Source: the human T2T-CHM13v2.0 reference genome, Homo sapiens. Taken from it: a stretch of 64,000 nt of DNA. The position numbers were made by a program, and so were the translations under genes. The DNA lies in assembly GCF_009914755.1 (NCBI RefSeq), contig NC_060946.1, one strand, 5' to 3'. The notes under the pieces were generated by a model that did no database searches, was not told where the DNA came from, and was given only the letters and a program-made list of their open reading frames with translations. Of the stretch, positions 63,301-64,000 are shown in pieces; the first letter of the stretch is position 1; every line of letters starts with the position of its first letter.

Positions 63301-64000
63301 GTACATAAAATATCAAGGTACACCAGATATATATTCTATAGTGTACATAAAATAGCAAAGTACACAAACTATAAATTATATACTGTACATAAAATATGAA
63401 ATTACATCAAATATATATTAGGTACATAAAATATGAAAGTACATCAAATATAGATTATATACTGTACATAAAATATCAATGTACCCCAAACATATATTTT
63501 ATACTCTACATGAAATATCAAAGTTCACAAACCATATATTGTATACTGTACATAAAATATCAAAGTACCCAAGGTATGTATTCTATACTGTACAAAAAAT
63601 ATCAAAGTACCCAAAGCATGTACTATATACTGTACATAAAATATGAAAGTACATCAAATATATATTTAATTCTGTACATAAAATATCAAAGTACACCAGA
63701 TATATATTCTATAGTGTACATAAAATATCAAAGTACCCAAACTATACATTATATACTGTACATAAAATATGAAATTACAACAAATATATATTATATTAGG
63801 TACATAAAATATGAAAGTACATCAAATATAGATTATATACTGTACATTAAGTACCAAATTACCACAAATATATATTTTATACTGTACATGAAATATCAAA
63901 GTTCACAAACTATATATTATATACTGTACATAAAATATCAAAGTACCCAAGGTATATATTCTATAATGTACAAAAAATATCAAAGTACCCAAAGCATGTA

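Larger units (their letters stand above)
1..64000 (+). repeat. Human satellite 1A (HSat1A / classical satellite I / SAR): 42-bp tandem array organised as a 378-bp 9-monomer higher-order repeat
   Basis: Seen: a 42-bp monomer repeats across the window, with GTAC-to-GTAC spacings of 17 bp (GTACATAAAATATCAAA) and 25 bp (GTACCCAAACTATATATTATATACT). Nine monomer types recur in fixed order: m1 catgaaatatcaaagttcacaaac, m2 cccaaggtatatattct, m3 acaaaaaatatc..aagcatg, m4 tatgaaagtacatc..ttttattc, m5 acaccagat, m6 gtgtac..actatacatt, m7 gaaattacatc..tattagg, m8 gaaagtacatc..atagatt, m9 gtaccccaaat. Example period: ATG 705 to 1083 = 378 bp. Established knowledge: the 17+25 bp RsaI-defined 42-bp unit and a 378-bp periodicity are the described features of HSat1A. 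Confidence 0.96.
16500..64000 (+). repeat. HSat1A subdomain III: mixed 378-bp and 373-bp units, often as 751-bp dimers
   Basis: m7 ends either aaatatatattATATTagg (378) or aaatatatattagg (373). Spacings between MKLH ORF starts include 373 (36436-36809-37182) and 751 (25188-25939, 32304-33055-33806, 54104-54855, 60775-61526, 62271-63022). Confidence 0.88.

Noticed and set aside
1-64000. CRISPR-like pattern of a constant part (TGTACATAAAATAT) alternating with variable parts
   Set aside because: The variable parts are homologous to each other and recur every nine monomers. There are no unique spacers, leader or cas genes.
1-64000. Embedded transposon (Alu/L1), inversion or unique insert
   Set aside because: On reading through I found no non-satellite sequence and no strand switch. 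A very short insert could have been missed by eye.
1-64000. TATA-like boxes and short palindromes (TGTACA, GTATA-N5-TATAC) as promoters, terminators or cruciforms
   Set aside because: These are expected by chance in such AT-rich repeats. The stems are short and weak, and there is no associated gene.
1-64000. Alpha satellite, HSat1B, HSat2/3, or an AT-rich protist or organelle repeat gene
   Set aside because: There is no 171-bp period, CATTC motif or Alu-derived segment. The 17+25 bp GTAC-delimited 42-mer with a 378-bp period fits HSat1A.
1-64000. Assignment to a specific chromosome
   Set aside because: HSat1A occurs in several arrays (chromosomes 3, 4 and the acrocentrics). Distinguishing them needs alignment to a T2T assembly, which I cannot run.

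Overview
The whole 64 kb window is one uninterrupted, single-orientation, very AT-rich tandem satellite. Its 42-bp monomer (consensus about CTGTACATAAAATATCAAAGTACCCAAACTATATATTATATA) has two GTAC sites spaced 17+25 bp, which matches human classical satellite I / HSat1A (RepeatMasker SAR). Nine distinguishable monomers form a 378-bp higher-order unit. I see no genes, transposons, RNA genes or CRISPR arrays, and all listed ORFs are best explained as artefacts of a 42-bp (14-codon) repeat with one stop-free frame. The informative structure is internal to the array: (i) variant-defined subdomains at about 2-4.3 kb, 4.5-16.5 kb and 16.5-64 kb; (ii) a 373-bp unit with a 5-bp deletion that often alternates with the 378-bp unit to give 751-bp dimers; (iii) tandem super-repeats of 1507 bp and 3741 bp; (iv) a near-identical, layered expansion of a 2248-bp six-unit block and its deletion derivatives at about 36.3-51.4 kb; (v) recurrent 4-, 5-, 6-, 8-, 10- and 13-monomer units, several pointing to a 5+4 substructure of the 9-mer; (vi) rare variants shared between the first 2 kb and 55-58 kb. 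I cannot support a novel protein-coding or defence system here. Chromosome and species (human versus another great ape) cannot be fixed from the sequence alone. Periods were derived by eye and from ORF-track offsets, not from computed alignments.
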